The position numbers were made by a program, and so were the translations under genes. The notes beneath the pieces are model-generated. The model made no database searches. It saw only the letters and a program-made list of their open reading frames with translations, and was not told the DNA's origin. A stretch of DNA of 62,506 nt, filler included, from an uncultured Chlamydiae bacterium (lineage in GTDB: Bacteria; Chlamydiota; Chlamydiia; Chlamydiales; SM23-39), in assembly GCA_937899275.1 (NCBI GenBank). It is 2 parts of 2 records of this genome, joined end to end, with 100 filler letters (N's around TTAATTAATTAA, not from the genome) between each part and the next. Parts side by side here need not be neighbours in the genome. Positions count along the whole stretch, not along the records: positions 1 to 31,236 come from CALBPE010000104.1; positions 31,337 to 62,506 come from CALBPE010000105.1. The stretch is one strand, 5' to 3'. Of this stretch, positions 29,862 through 39,491 are shown in pieces (the stretch's first letter is position 1; each line of letters starts with the position of its first letter).

Positions 29862-30129
29862 TATTTCGCTCTTTTCTCATTTGAGAGATGACGGCACAAA
29901 GACCTTTTTTCGTGATCGTCCGAATCGCTTTTGTGCTTAATTTTAGCTCAACAAAGCGGTTTTCTTCTTCAAACCAAAAGCGTTTTTTTTGTAAATTAGG
30001 TAAAAATTTTCTTTTGGTGATGCCCGTTGTATTAAGACCGATTCCTTTTTTCTTTTTGGCAATTCCTCGTCTTGTGATGGACTTTCCAACGCTGGTTTTT
30101 TTTCCAGTAACTTGACATTTTCTTGACAT
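29854..30129 (-). CDS. rpmB: 50S ribosomal protein L28
   Basis: MSRKCQVTGK...TKRKFLPNLQ. Confidence 0.96.
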   Translation of the reverse strand: MSRKCQVTGKKTSVGKSITRRGIAKKKKGIGLNTTGITKRKFLPNLQKKRFWFEEENRFVELKLSTKAIRTITKKGLCAVISQMRKERNSV

Positions 30130-30300
30130 AAAGCTATCTCCAATAAAAGGTAATTTTAGCAGTAGTCTTTCTATTGATTCAAGGGAAAAATCTAGATAGC
30201 TTTTTCTTTAGAGATGCTGGGAAGATTTAGTGAAATATTTATTACTGTACTTTTTCCAATATTCTGAGAAAATCCGTATAGAGTAAAAAAAGAGTGTTTA

Positions 30301-31119
30301 GTGAGTGGTTTTTTGTTGCGTTTACAATCTATTTTTTATTTTTTCATCTACCTTGTGCCTCTTTCAGGGTTTTCTAGCGGAAAAATCACTTTTTTTCAGC
30401 TAAACCGTTTTTTTGTCACAGAACAAAAGGCATTGCAAAAAGTGCTTGCAAATGAAAAGCGCCACGCACAAAAAACGGTGACGATTGCTAAAATCCTTCC
30501 GTTTATGGACGATACTGCCTTGGACAGTAGGTCGGAGTTTTTACCCGATGTTGTCCTATTTTCTAAAGAGCATTGGCAGGCGAATATAGAGCAGCTGAGT
30601 ATTTACGCTGCAGCAAAGGGGATTCCTTTACTGGTTTCTAATATGTTAGACTGTAAACAGGCGCTTTTTCCCGAAAAGCCCCGTTTTTTTGTGTATGAGA
30701 TAAACGGGGTAAAAATAGGGCTTTTTTCGCTACTTTCTCCTGGAAACTCAACTAAGATACAAGGCTTACAAACAGCGTATCGAGACCCTCTTCTTGTAGA
30801 GCCGATTCTCGCGGCAAAGATGGTAGTAGAAAAAATGCAGAAAAAGGGCTGCTCTTATATTGTACTTGTAAGCGATCTATCTATTGAACAAGACCTTGCT
30901 CTTGTCCAGTCAGTAGCCGATATCGACTTGATCATAGGCTCTCATAGTTTAGAGCCTGCGATTTTTTATGAAAAAGATACTCTAATTTACAAATCATCCA
31001 GTTTAGATAGCTCTTTAGATAGGGTAGATATTGTCATTGAAGATCAAAGATTACTCGGTATGGACTACCACGTGTTTCATCCCCATTTTCGGCGCATTGC
31101 TGTTCCTATGAAGAACTGA
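30301..31119 (+). CDS. Degenerate 5'-nucleotidase/metallophosphoesterase-fold exported protein
   Basis: YEINGVKIGLF...DP...IVLVSD...DIDLIIGSHS resembles the UshA/CpdB N-domain; metal-binding motifs eroded. Confidence 0.65.
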   Translation: MSGFLLRLQSIFYFFIYLVPLSGFSSGKITFFQLNRFFVTEQKALQKVLANEKRHAQKTVTIAKILPFMDDTALDSRSEFLPDVVLFSKEHWQANIEQLSIYAAAKGIPLLVSNMLDCKQALFPEKPRFFVYEINGVKIGLFSLLSPGNSTKIQGLQTAYRDPLLVEPILAAKMVVEKMQKKGCSYIVLVSDLSIEQDLALVQSVADIDLIIGSHSLEPAIFYEKDTLIYKSSSLDSSLDRVDIVIEDQRLLGMDYHVFHPHFRRIAVPMKN

Positions 31120-31155
31120 GATTTTTTCTATTTGACCTCAGCATCCGCATGAATC

Positions 31156-31230
31156 TTCGCCGGCTCTTCTAATATAGAAAGTATTTCTGTGGTTCGCCAA
31201 TATATTGAACAACAGCAGGAAATTGGGTGA
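31156..31230 (+). mobile_element. IS200/IS605 TnpA C-terminal remnant
   Basis: Reads FAGSSNIESISVVRQYIEQQQEIG*, matching the Y1 transposase C-terminal YIxxQ helix; abuts the assembly gap. Confidence 0.6.
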
Positions 31231-31236
31231 GCTCTA

Positions 31237-31336
31237 NNNNNNNNNNNNNNNNNNNNNNNNNNNNNNNNNNNNNNNNNNNNTTAATTAATTAANNNNNNNN
31301 NNNNNNNNNNNNNNNNNNNNNNNNNNNNNNNNNNNN
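31237..31336. other. Assembly gap / artificial contig linker
   Basis: 44 N + TTAATTAATTAA (stops in all frames) + 44 N. Confidence 0.98.
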
Positions 31337-32892
31337 ACACTCTGTATAGAATCTAGCTCAGAAGAAGAAACCGCGGTGTCTTCTGGACGAGCTTTTTCAG
31401 ATGAGCCAGTAGACCATACGCCTTTTTTGCTGATGTAAAATTCTGCCAATTGGTAGTGCTCTTGTTTTTGTAGAGCTTGAAGAAAGTATCTTGCAGAAGC
31501 TATAGAAACATCGTGTTCTGGAGAGGCTCCTCCAAAAATCAATCCGATATGCCAGGGTTGATACGAGATGTCTTTTGCTTTTTGCATCCAGCTAGAAAGG
31601 ATGCCAGCCCCCAAAGAAATCATCACGTCAAACGGCCTGATCTGCTTTTGTAGATGGTCTAAAAGATCATCTATAGGCACATACTTGCAGGAAATATTCG
31701 ATGCTTTTGCCGCATTTTTTGCAAAGCGATTCCCATCAAAAAAAGCGCGCTTATCTTTAGGATCATATACATCTGTTACAATAAGATAATCCAGATCAGA
31801 AAAGCTAGACACAAACCGGTCATATAACGCATCGAGCCGCTGCAAACGGTGCGGCTCAAAGATGGCGATGCGCCGTCTTGTAGAAAAACGCTCTTTCAAT
31901 GCGGCAAGAGTAGCTGCAATTTCTTTTGGATGGTGCGCATAATCATCAAACGCATCGATCTTTGCTTTGGTAAACAGCTTTTCTTGACGCCTTTTCACCC
32001 CTGGAAAAAAGGCAAATGCTTGTTGTATTTCAGTACAAGAGATCCCCTCGTCTAAAGCAAGAGCAAATACCGCTACCGCATTTTGCACAAAATGTTTGCC
32101 GTAAAGAGGGATGTACAGATCGCGGTAGGTTTTTCCCCTATAGCTTATAGAAAATAACGAGCCTTTTTCTGTAGTTTGGTACTTTGTACATGCCGCATCT
32201 GCAGTAGAAGAAAACCCGTAGGACACAAGGTCTTTTCCAGGTAACATCCCCGATTGATGCCAATTAGATAAGAGGGGATCATCTTTACACCAAAACGCTT
32301 TTTTACTCTGGCGAAAAAACTGAAGAAACGCCTTTTGTAGATCCTCTTCTTTTTTCCAATAATCCATATGATCAAGATCGTAAGATGTGATCACCGCTCT
32401 ATAAGGGCTGCAGGCTAAAAATGAGCCGTCTGATTCATCTCCCTCTGCAATGAATAGAGAAGATCTACCAAACCGTCCATTGCAATTGACTTTTTTAACT
32501 ACGCCTCCTACCGCAAAAGAAGGGTCTTTATTTGCGTGTAAAAACACCCAAGAAAGAAGAGACGAAGTGGAGGTTTTTCCATGAGATCCTGCTACCACAT
32601 ACTCTTTTTTTTCCCGCATCAGATGCTGTAATAGCTCCGATCTGTGCACTAAAGAAAGTTGCCGTTTTTTCGATTCCAATATCAATGGATGATCTAAGGG
32701 AAAAGCGCTTGAATAGACCACCGTTTTTTCATCTTGGATTGTAGGCCGCGGTTTAGCGCCTTTTTTTTGCAGGTCTTGGATGATCTCCGAGGAGCTATTT
32801 GCATCAAATCCCGCGACTTTTTCCCCTTTTTCTAGCAAAATATGGGCCAGGGCGCTCATCCCCATCCCGCCTAAACCTAAAAAATAGTACAT
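31337..32892 (-). CDS. murC: MurC-Ddl fusion protein, 3'-truncated by the gap
   Basis: GLGGMGMSALA, GSHGKTST, EGDESD, DDYAHHP, followed in frame by the Ddl start IGLIFGGASPEHDVSIASA. Confidence 0.93.
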
Positions 32893-32893
32893 A

Positions 32894-33892
32894 TTAAGAA
32901 AGGTCCTCTATGATCTCGATAAGAGAGCGTCTTTTTTGCTGTAAAAAACGCCTTGCCTTTTGAAACGAGGCTTTTTTTACCACTTGAAAAATGCTACTAA
33001 TCAAACGCTCTACTGTCAAGGAGTCTTGCTCAAAGTATTCTACGCACCCTAAATCATGAGCAAACTGCGCGTTTTCTTTTTGGTGTTTTTCTCCGTAGGG
33101 ATAAGGGATCAATACCGCTGGAATTTCATGAGAAAGCAGCTCAAAAAGCGTACCTGCCACTGCCCTTGCAACCGCTACATCCACTCTAGAATAGATCTCA
33201 TCCATAGAAGGTACGTATTCATAGACCTCTGCTGTAACCCCCATTTCCTGGTAGCGTTTAAACGCCCAGGCGCGGTCCATATGCTTTCCTAAAATATGGA
33301 TGATGGCAACCTCTTTTTCTAAGCGCAATTTTTCAACGGCTTGTAGAAAAAAATGGTTTAACCAAATAGCTCCTTGTGAGCCTCCAAACACTAAAATCCT
33401 TAAGGGATCGCCAACTTTCAAAAGAGAAGAAGGTGGTTTTTTCGCTGGTTTTAACCCGGTTAAAGGGTGAATACAAACCGCATTTTTATAGGGTTGAGAA
33501 AACGGCGAACAGATACTTAATGCCCCTTTGACAAATAACCGGTGCGCTTTTCCTATCGATACATTGGGCTCATAGAGTAGATACTGTCGCCGCAAAATCC
33601 AGCGCACGGCAAGCATAGCAGATACGCTATGGTAGCTGCCAAAAGAAATCACCAGATCCACCCTGCGCAAATGATATGCCGATTGCAGCGCTCCATAAAG
33701 AGTGAAAGGAAGTTTTTTCCACTGATTCGATGAAGGCACTTCGATATAGGAAATAGATGTTTGGAGATAGCTTTTCTTAATGCCTTTTCCGATAAGAAGT
33801 GTTTGATGGCCTTTTTTTTCTAGCTCTGCAGCTAAAAGCTCTGCCGGCCTAAGATGACCTTTTGTTCCTCCAGCAATTAAAGCGATAAACAT
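32894..33892 (-). CDS. murG: Undecaprenyl-PP-MurNAc-pentapeptide GlcNAc transferase
   Basis: GGTKGH, YEPN, FGGSQGA, LIPYP..HQKENA; dcw context. Confidence 0.9.
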   Translation of the reverse strand: MFIALIAGGTKGHLRPAELLAAELEKKGHQTLLIGKGIKKSYLQTSISYIEVPSSNQWKKLPFTLYGALQSAYHLRRVDLVISFGSYHSVSAMLAVRWILRRQYLLYEPNVSIGKAHRLFVKGALSICSPFSQPYKNAVCIHPLTGLKPAKKPPSSLLKVGDPLRILVFGGSQGAIWLNHFFLQAVEKLRLEKEVAIIHILGKHMDRAWAFKRYQEMGVTAEVYEYVPSMDEIYSRVDVAVARAVAGTLFELLSHEIPAVLIPYPYGEKHQKENAQFAHDLGCVEYFEQDSLTVERLISSIFQVVKKASFQKARRFLQQKRRSLIEIIEDLS

Positions 33893-34977
33893 GAAGACCG
33901 TCTTATTTTAGCTACGCTTAAAAGCAGACATACAGCAGAAATATTGACAATCATCGCTGTTCCTCCCTGTGATACAAAGGGAAGTGTCGTACCTTTACTT
34001 GGAAGAAGGTTAGATACAATCCCTAAATTTAAAAATGCTTGAAAAGAGAGTAAAAAGGTAAGTAGGCTCGCTAGAAAAAACCCCGTTTTTTCCTCGGAAG
34101 AAAACGCGATAAAAAATCCTGCCATACTCATGAATAGATACGATCCGATCATCCCTAAAATCCCAATAAATCCCAATTCTTCAGCGACAATTGCTGCAAT
34201 ATAGTCGCTTTTTGCCTCGGGTAGGTAGTTGAATTTTTGCAGCGACTCACCCAAACCTTTTCCCCAAAGTCCCCCTGATCCTGCGGCAATTTTCGCTTGG
34301 TAAGGCTTGTGGCCTTTACCTTGCAGGTCGGTTTCTGGGTGCAAATAGGCTTGGATCCTTAGCCGCACATGGGGCATATTCCATCCAATACTCAGAAGTA
34401 AAACGCAAGAAACACAGAGCGGAAAAGCCCAATACAAAAGAGGTATATGCAGTAAAAAACAGCAGACCACCAAGGTAAATCCAATGATGAATGTAGAGCC
34501 GTTATCAGGTTCGAGTAAAATGCAAAGTAAGGGGACGCCAAGGGTAAAAAAAACCTTCAAAATTTGGGAGAAAGTGATCTTATCTAGCGCGTAGATCCGG
34601 TATGCAAAATACATAGGCAGAATGTACTTAGCAATCTCTGAAGGCTGAAAAGTACAGCCAAAAAGACCGATCCACCGCCGGGCGCCGTTATACTGCCTAC
34701 CAATTCCAGGAACAAATACCGCGAGTAAAAAAAAGAGCACAGCTGCATAGGCATAAGGCATAAGAGCAAACACCTTTTGGTATCCTAAAGAATAGATCAC
34801 TCCGCCAGCAAGCGCGCCTAGTAAGGCGTAGATACTTTGTTTCCATAAAAAACTGCGGGTGCTTTCTACCATATGCTTATCGAGCATTTCTGCAGAACTG
34901 GTATTAAACACCATCACTAGTCCTAAAAAAAACAGCATCAGGACACTTAAAACCACGATATACCCTGCTTTTGTCAT
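33877..34977 (-). CDS. ftsW: SEDS peptidoglycan glycosyltransferase FtsW
   Basis: GARRWI, QPSEIAK, LEPDNG, LPEAKSDYI, EELGF, LPFVSQGG. Confidence 0.93.
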   Translation of the reverse strand: MTKAGYIVVLSVLMLFFLGLVMVFNTSSAEMLDKHMVESTRSFLWKQSIYALLGALAGGVIYSLGYQKVFALMPYAYAAVLFFLLAVFVPGIGRQYNGARRWIGLFGCTFQPSEIAKYILPMYFAYRIYALDKITFSQILKVFFTLGVPLLCILLEPDNGSTFIIGFTLVVCCFLLHIPLLYWAFPLCVSCVLLLSIGWNMPHVRLRIQAYLHPETDLQGKGHKPYQAKIAAGSGGLWGKGLGESLQKFNYLPEAKSDYIAAIVAEELGFIGILGMIGSYLFMSMAGFFIAFSSEEKTGFFLASLLTFLLSFQAFLNLGIVSNLLPSKGTTLPFVSQGGTAMIVNISAVCLLLSVAKIRRSSCLSL

Positions 34978-34984
34978 AACACCT

Positions 34985-35647
34985 CTACCGGATTTTCAAG
35001 CGATCGCCAGGCTTAAGTCTGCGCGCTTTTTTCTCGTCTAAATTATTCAGTTGAAGAAGATCTTGGAGTTTCATCTGATGTTTCATGGCGATTGTCCAAG
35101 GATTATCACCCACTTTTACCGTGTAGTACTTTTCTGCAGGTTTTTCTACTGATTTTACAGCGCTTACCTGCTTTTTTTCAGGGATATGCAGCCGTTGATG
35201 TTCCCAGATATTGGTGTCGGGAAGGCTATTGCACTCGATGATCTCCCTTACAGAAACCCCATGCGTTTTCGCAATCGTTTCTAAACGGTCCCCTTTTTTC
35301 ACAACGATTTCTTTTGTAGAAGATGGCGGCGTTTCTTGCACGGGAGGCAATTTATGCGTAATGGACGGTTTAGATAGAGCCGTTTTTGTCTCTTGCTTGT
35401 GTTCTTGAGCTAAGCTCGCTGCGCTTGTAGTATTTGCTCCTTGTAAAAGCGAGGCTCTTGCCTGAGCCATAGCCGCTTTTCTTCTAGCGATAGCGGGATC
35501 TTCTTGATAGGGCCGGCTCGTTGTTTCTTCTGCGACAGCTTTAGGCTCTTGGTATACTTCTTCTTCTTTTGCTGTTGTCATGAAAAGGACGGTTAAAAGC
35601 GTCATATTCAATAAAACAGCTACGATGATTGTTTGTTTTCTTGTCAT
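34985..35647 (-). CDS. Membrane-anchored protein with two LysM domains (chlamydial NlpD-like)
   Basis: N-terminal TM; VKKGDRLETIA and VKVGDNPWTIA LysM repeats; lies between murD and ftsW. Confidence 0.9.
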   Translation of the reverse strand: MTRKQTIIVAVLLNMTLLTVLFMTTAKEEEVYQEPKAVAEETTSRPYQEDPAIARRKAAMAQARASLLQGANTTSAASLAQEHKQETKTALSKPSITHKLPPVQETPPSSTKEIVVKKGDRLETIAKTHGVSVREIIECNSLPDTNIWEHQRLHIPEKKQVSAVKSVEKPAEKYYTVKVGDNPWTIAMKHQMKLQDLLQLNNLDEKKARRLKPGDRLKIR

Positions 35648-35653
35648 AATTAT

Positions 35654-36817
35654 TTAATCCTTTAGCTTAGTTACTAAGCGGGTAAATGCTTTTCCCCTCT
35701 CTTCAAAGTTTTTGAACTGATCTAGACTTGATGCGCCTGGGGAAAATAAGATCGCATCTCCCGGCTTTGCTAAAGACAAAGCCTTTTGCCAAGCATCTTG
35801 CAAACAAGATGCCTTCATCACATCATAATCGGGAGCTAGCTGTTTTGCAATTTTTTCTCTACAAGACCCCATAGCAATCACTTTTTGTACTTTGTTAGAA
35901 AAGCGCTTTTTCCATAAAGCATAATCGAGGTCTTTATCCAATCCCCCTACAAGTAAAATGATGGGCCGATGTATTTTAGAGACGGCATAAATCGTAGCTG
36001 CAGGGTTTGTGGATTTACTATCATTGTAAAAAGCGATTTCTTGCCATGTCGTAATATGCTGCATCCGGTAAGAAGGGGGAATAAACCCTGTAAGATCTAA
36101 ACCAGGCTGCCCCATCTCCTCTAGTAGCGCTTGGATTATGCTCTCTATAGTATTTCCTCCAGGGATCACTTGGGGAAACGATGTTTTCATCTCCTCGAAA
36201 AGAGCAGATCCTACAACGGCTTTTCCCCCAGGTTTTAAAAGAGAAACAATCTCTTTTTTCACCTGTTTATAATCAGAAAAGTTTTCATATCGATTCAGAT
36301 GATTGGGAAATACGTTCAGTACTACCGCTAGATCAAGCGCTTTTGTACGCGCCGTTTCTAGTTGAAAAGAGCTCATCTCGAGGATAATTGTAGCGCCCTT
36401 TACTGGACTCTGCAAGTAGTTGCAAAGAGGCTCGCCTATATTGCCAAGTAAAAACACGATTTTTTTTCCTTTTCGCATTTGGTGTGCAAGCTGCATACAC
36501 GTCGTTGTTTTTCCATTTGATCCAGTCACGCCAATAACATAGGCAGGCTCCGTCTTTTTTAAAGACTGCAAACCTAGCTCCATTTCTCCAATAACTGGAA
36601 CGCCTTTTTGCTTTGCTTCTTGGATTTCTACGCATCGAGGATCAATACCTGGCGATACAATCACCCGATCGATGCCTTCAAGGCTCCATAAAGGGGCTAC
36701 TGGAAAAGGGGCTTGCATCACTTCTTTATCGTAGCCTACTACTTTTTGCCCCTGAGATACAAGGTAGGTGCCTGCAGCAATTCCACTTTTTCCTAATCCA
36801 AAAATGATGTTTTTCAT
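35654..36817 (-). CDS. murD: UDP-MurNAc-L-Ala--D-Glu ligase
   Basis: GLGKSG, SPGI, TGSNGKTT, EMSSFQL, NDSKSTN, SPGASSLDQF. Confidence 0.95.
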   Translation of the reverse strand: MKNIIFGLGKSGIAAGTYLVSQGQKVVGYDKEVMQAPFPVAPLWSLEGIDRVIVSPGIDPRCVEIQEAKQKGVPVIGEMELGLQSLKKTEPAYVIGVTGSNGKTTTCMQLAHQMRKGKKIVFLLGNIGEPLCNYLQSPVKGATIILEMSSFQLETARTKALDLAVVLNVFPNHLNRYENFSDYKQVKKEIVSLLKPGGKAVVGSALFEEMKTSFPQVIPGGNTIESIIQALLEEMGQPGLDLTGFIPPSYRMQHITTWQEIAFYNDSKSTNPAATIYAVSKIHRPIILLVGGLDKDLDYALWKKRFSNKVQKVIAMGSCREKIAKQLAPDYDVMKASCLQDAWQKALSLAKPGDAILFSPGASSLDQFKNFEERGKAFTRLVTKLKD

Positions 36818-36820
36818 CGA

Positions 36821-38023
36821 CTACTGAAATTTTAATGAAGCTAAACCGAAGATGGCTAAAAAAAGCGCCATGATCCAAAACCTAAGAACCACTTTCATCT
36901 CAGGCCAGCCTTTGTATTCAAAATGGTGGTGAAGAGGCGAACAGCGAAAAATCCGCTTACCTTGCCGGTAGCGCATACTCAAAATCTGTAAAATAACCGA
37001 CAGCGCCTCGAATAAAAACACGCCGCCTACAATAGCAAATAGAAATTCTCGTTTTAATAGCGCAGCAGCTATCCCCAAAACGCCGCCAAGAGCAAGGGAG
37101 CCGGTATCTCCCATAAATACCTGAGCGGGGTATCCGTTGTACCATAAAAATCCAATCGATGCGCCTGCAGTAGCCGATAGATACACCGCAATTTCCCCTG
37201 CCTTTTCAATGTAGATAATCTGCAGGTACCGCGCAATATCTGCGTGATTTGTCAAAAAAGCGATGAGCGCAAAAACAGAAGAAGACATCACCAAACACCC
37301 CGCTGCAAGACCGTCTAACCCATCGGTTAAGTTCACCGCATTCGACGTGCCTACCGTCACCAAAAATAAGAGCAGCCACATCAAAATAGAAAAAGACCCC
37401 AAAAGAATCGGTGTTTTACAAAAAGGGATGTAGATTCTATTGATGTAATCTTTTGTATCGATCAGATGCGCCTTTCCTTCTTTTGGGTGGCTCCACTCTT
37501 TTGCTGCAGGAGGAGAAATACCCAGTATCTTTTGCACTCCACCGGTAACCGAAGGCAAAAGCAGGTAGCTTCCCATGATGAGTACAATAAGCGTTTGTAC
37601 AAACAGCTTTTTTTTCGGTCTTAGCCCTTTTGCGTGGGGATGGCGCAGTTTTAAATAATCATCTACTCCCCCAAGAAATCCTAAAGAAAGGCTGACTAAA
37701 AGAAAAATCCAGGTGAAAGCGGCGGTTAAATCCATCCATAAAACAAGGGAAAGAGTCATAGAAAATAATAGCAGCACCCCGCCCATTGTAGGGGTGTCTT
37801 TTTTCTTTTGATGCAGCTCTGCTAAAAGGGGGCATTCCGATGCGTAGCGGATAGGCTGCCCGATTTTCAGAGAATAGAGCTTTTTAATAAAAAAAGGACC
37901 TAGAAAAATTGTTGTGATGACAGAAGTCATAGCAGCAAGCATCATCCTTGTCGATGCATAAGAAAATGCGCTGGGCACCTTTACACCTAAAGTCTGTAGC
38001 CATTGAATAATCAGTAATAACAT
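36821..38023 (-). CDS. mraY: Phospho-MurNAc-pentapeptide transferase
   Basis: TPTMGG, DDYLK, NLTDGLDGL, FMGDTG, PLHHHFE. Confidence 0.97.
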   Translation of the reverse strand: MLLLIIQWLQTLGVKVPSAFSYASTRMMLAAMTSVITTIFLGPFFIKKLYSLKIGQPIRYASECPLLAELHQKKKDTPTMGGVLLLFSMTLSLVLWMDLTAAFTWIFLLVSLSLGFLGGVDDYLKLRHPHAKGLRPKKKLFVQTLIVLIMGSYLLLPSVTGGVQKILGISPPAAKEWSHPKEGKAHLIDTKDYINRIYIPFCKTPILLGSFSILMWLLLFLVTVGTSNAVNLTDGLDGLAAGCLVMSSSVFALIAFLTNHADIARYLQIIYIEKAGEIAVYLSATAGASIGFLWYNGYPAQVFMGDTGSLALGGVLGIAAALLKREFLFAIVGGVFLFEALSVILQILSMRYRQGKRIFRCSPLHHHFEYKGWPEMKVVLRFWIMALFLAIFGLASLKFQ

Positions 38024-38058
38024 ATAATTCCACCTGATAAAACTATAGAAAAAGTCTT

Positions 38059-39375
38059 TCAGGAAAGGAAGGAAAAAAGCTCTTCTAAACCATATTTTCT
38101 AGAAGCTTTTACTAAAACCACATCCCCCGGTTTTGCTCTATTTAAGCTTTCTAAAAAAAACGCGCGTTTTGAAGGCATATGCTTTGCAGGTTTTCCCCCT
38201 TTTCGAAATCCTGCTACGATATCTCTTCCCTCTTCTCCAAAAGACAGCAGTTGATCGGCATATTTTGCAGCAAGCATCCCCACCTCTTGATGCACTTTTT
38301 GACTCTGCTCGCCTAAATCAACAATCGGACCTAAAAGGGCAATCACCTCGCCTTTTCTTTGCACCGTTTTTCCTTTTTTCGTAAAAGATACGGTTTTTGG
38401 CTCAGGAAGATGCAAGAGCGCGTAGCGAAGAGAATCGATAGAAGAGTTCCACGCATCGTTGATCCATGTGATTTGTTGCAGCTCTTTTTTCTGAAATCGC
38501 ATAGGAAGCGTTTGTAAAAGGTGGAGCCTTGTTTGAATCGTTTCATCTGCAATGCCAAGCACATGCGCGATTTTTCGAGCGGCCATAAAATCCCAAATAA
38601 ACTGCTCTTCTAAAAACGGTAAAACAAAAGGACATCCCTTATGAGAAAAGGTCTGGTAGCAGGTATTTTTCTCATAACGTAAAAGATCTTCATGCACAAT
38701 AGAGACCTTGGTATTTGGATGGGAAAAAATCTCTTTTTTTGCCCGCCAAATCCCCGGTAAAAGATCGGGGAAAAATTCAATATGAACAGGAGCAATCGTC
38801 GTAATCAATGCGATATCGGGAGGCGCGATAGAAACTAGATTTTCAATATGCCCTTTTTGTGTCATACCCATTTCAAAAACTCCAACAGAAAACTGTTTAG
38901 GAGCGTTTAAAATTGTCAAAGGAAGTCCAATTTGTGAGTTATAGTTGCCTGGAGTAGCGTAAACAGAAAAGCTTCCCTCCAAAAGCGTTTTGGTAAACTC
39001 TTTTGTCGTGCTTTTTCCCAAAGAGCCGGTAATAGCTACAACTTGCACATCTCTTTTTGCATGAACGGATTTTGCCCAACCCTGCAATGCTTCTAAAGGA
39101 TCGCTTACTTCAAGGCATTTTTTCCGCATGGAAAAGCTCATGGAAGATAAAAGCTCTTTTTCCTTTTTCGACACAATAGCAAAAGATGCTCCTCTACTGA
39201 GGGCTTCTCCTACAAAATGGTGCCCATCTGTTTTTTCTCCTGGAAGAGCTACAAAAACATCTCCTGGAGCAACTTTTCTACTATCTATCTCTACCTTAGA
39301 GCCTTGAGGTATTTCTTCTCGCAAGGACGCCTTAAAGGCTGCTGGATTAACTGAGTCGTCATTAGCGTAGGTCAT
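38059..39375 (-). CDS. murF: UDP-MurNAc-tripeptide--D-Ala-D-Ala ligase
   Basis: IDSRKV, DGHHF, TGSLGKSTTKE, NYNSQIGLP, EMGM, VKASR. Confidence 0.93.
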   Translation of the reverse strand: MTYANDDSVNPAAFKASLREEIPQGSKVEIDSRKVAPGDVFVALPGEKTDGHHFVGEALSRGASFAIVSKKEKELLSSMSFSMRKKCLEVSDPLEALQGWAKSVHAKRDVQVVAITGSLGKSTTKEFTKTLLEGSFSVYATPGNYNSQIGLPLTILNAPKQFSVGVFEMGMTQKGHIENLVSIAPPDIALITTIAPVHIEFFPDLLPGIWRAKKEIFSHPNTKVSIVHEDLLRYEKNTCYQTFSHKGCPFVLPFLEEQFIWDFMAARKIAHVLGIADETIQTRLHLLQTLPMRFQKKELQQITWINDAWNSSIDSLRYALLHLPEPKTVSFTKKGKTVQRKGEVIALLGPIVDLGEQSQKVHQEVGMLAAKYADQLLSFGEEGRDIVAGFRKGGKPAKHMPSKRAFFLESLNRAKPGDVVLVKASRKYGLEELFSFLS

Positions 39376-39384
39376 ATACAGGCT

Positions 39385-39428
39385 CCTTTCGCTGGATATT
39401 CCTTTCTGGATGTTCCTTTCTGGATGTT
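39385..39428 (+). repeat. 14-bp tandem repeat (about 3 copies) in the murF / DUB divergent intergenic region
   Basis: cctttcgctggatatt cctttctggatgtt cctttctggatgtt. Confidence 0.85.
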
Positions 39429-39441
39429 AAAGGGGTTTTCC

Positions 39442-39470
39442 TTGATTTTCCCTAAAAAATATGGTATAAT
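39442..39470 (+). promoter_or_regulatory. sigma66/sigma70-type promoter for the 39492 gene
   Basis: TTGATT-N17-TATAAT. Confidence 0.6.
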
Positions 39471-39491
39471 ACTAGTAAAAGGGATTGTTTT

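Noticed and set aside
31281..31292. TTAATTAATTAA palindrome and the apparent stop of the murC ORF
   Set aside because: Artificial six-frame-stop linker inside the N gap, not biological; MurC-Ddl is simply truncated by the contig end.
31337..32892. MurC-Ddl fusion as a novelty
   Set aside because: Well-known chlamydial feature; used only as a taxonomic marker.
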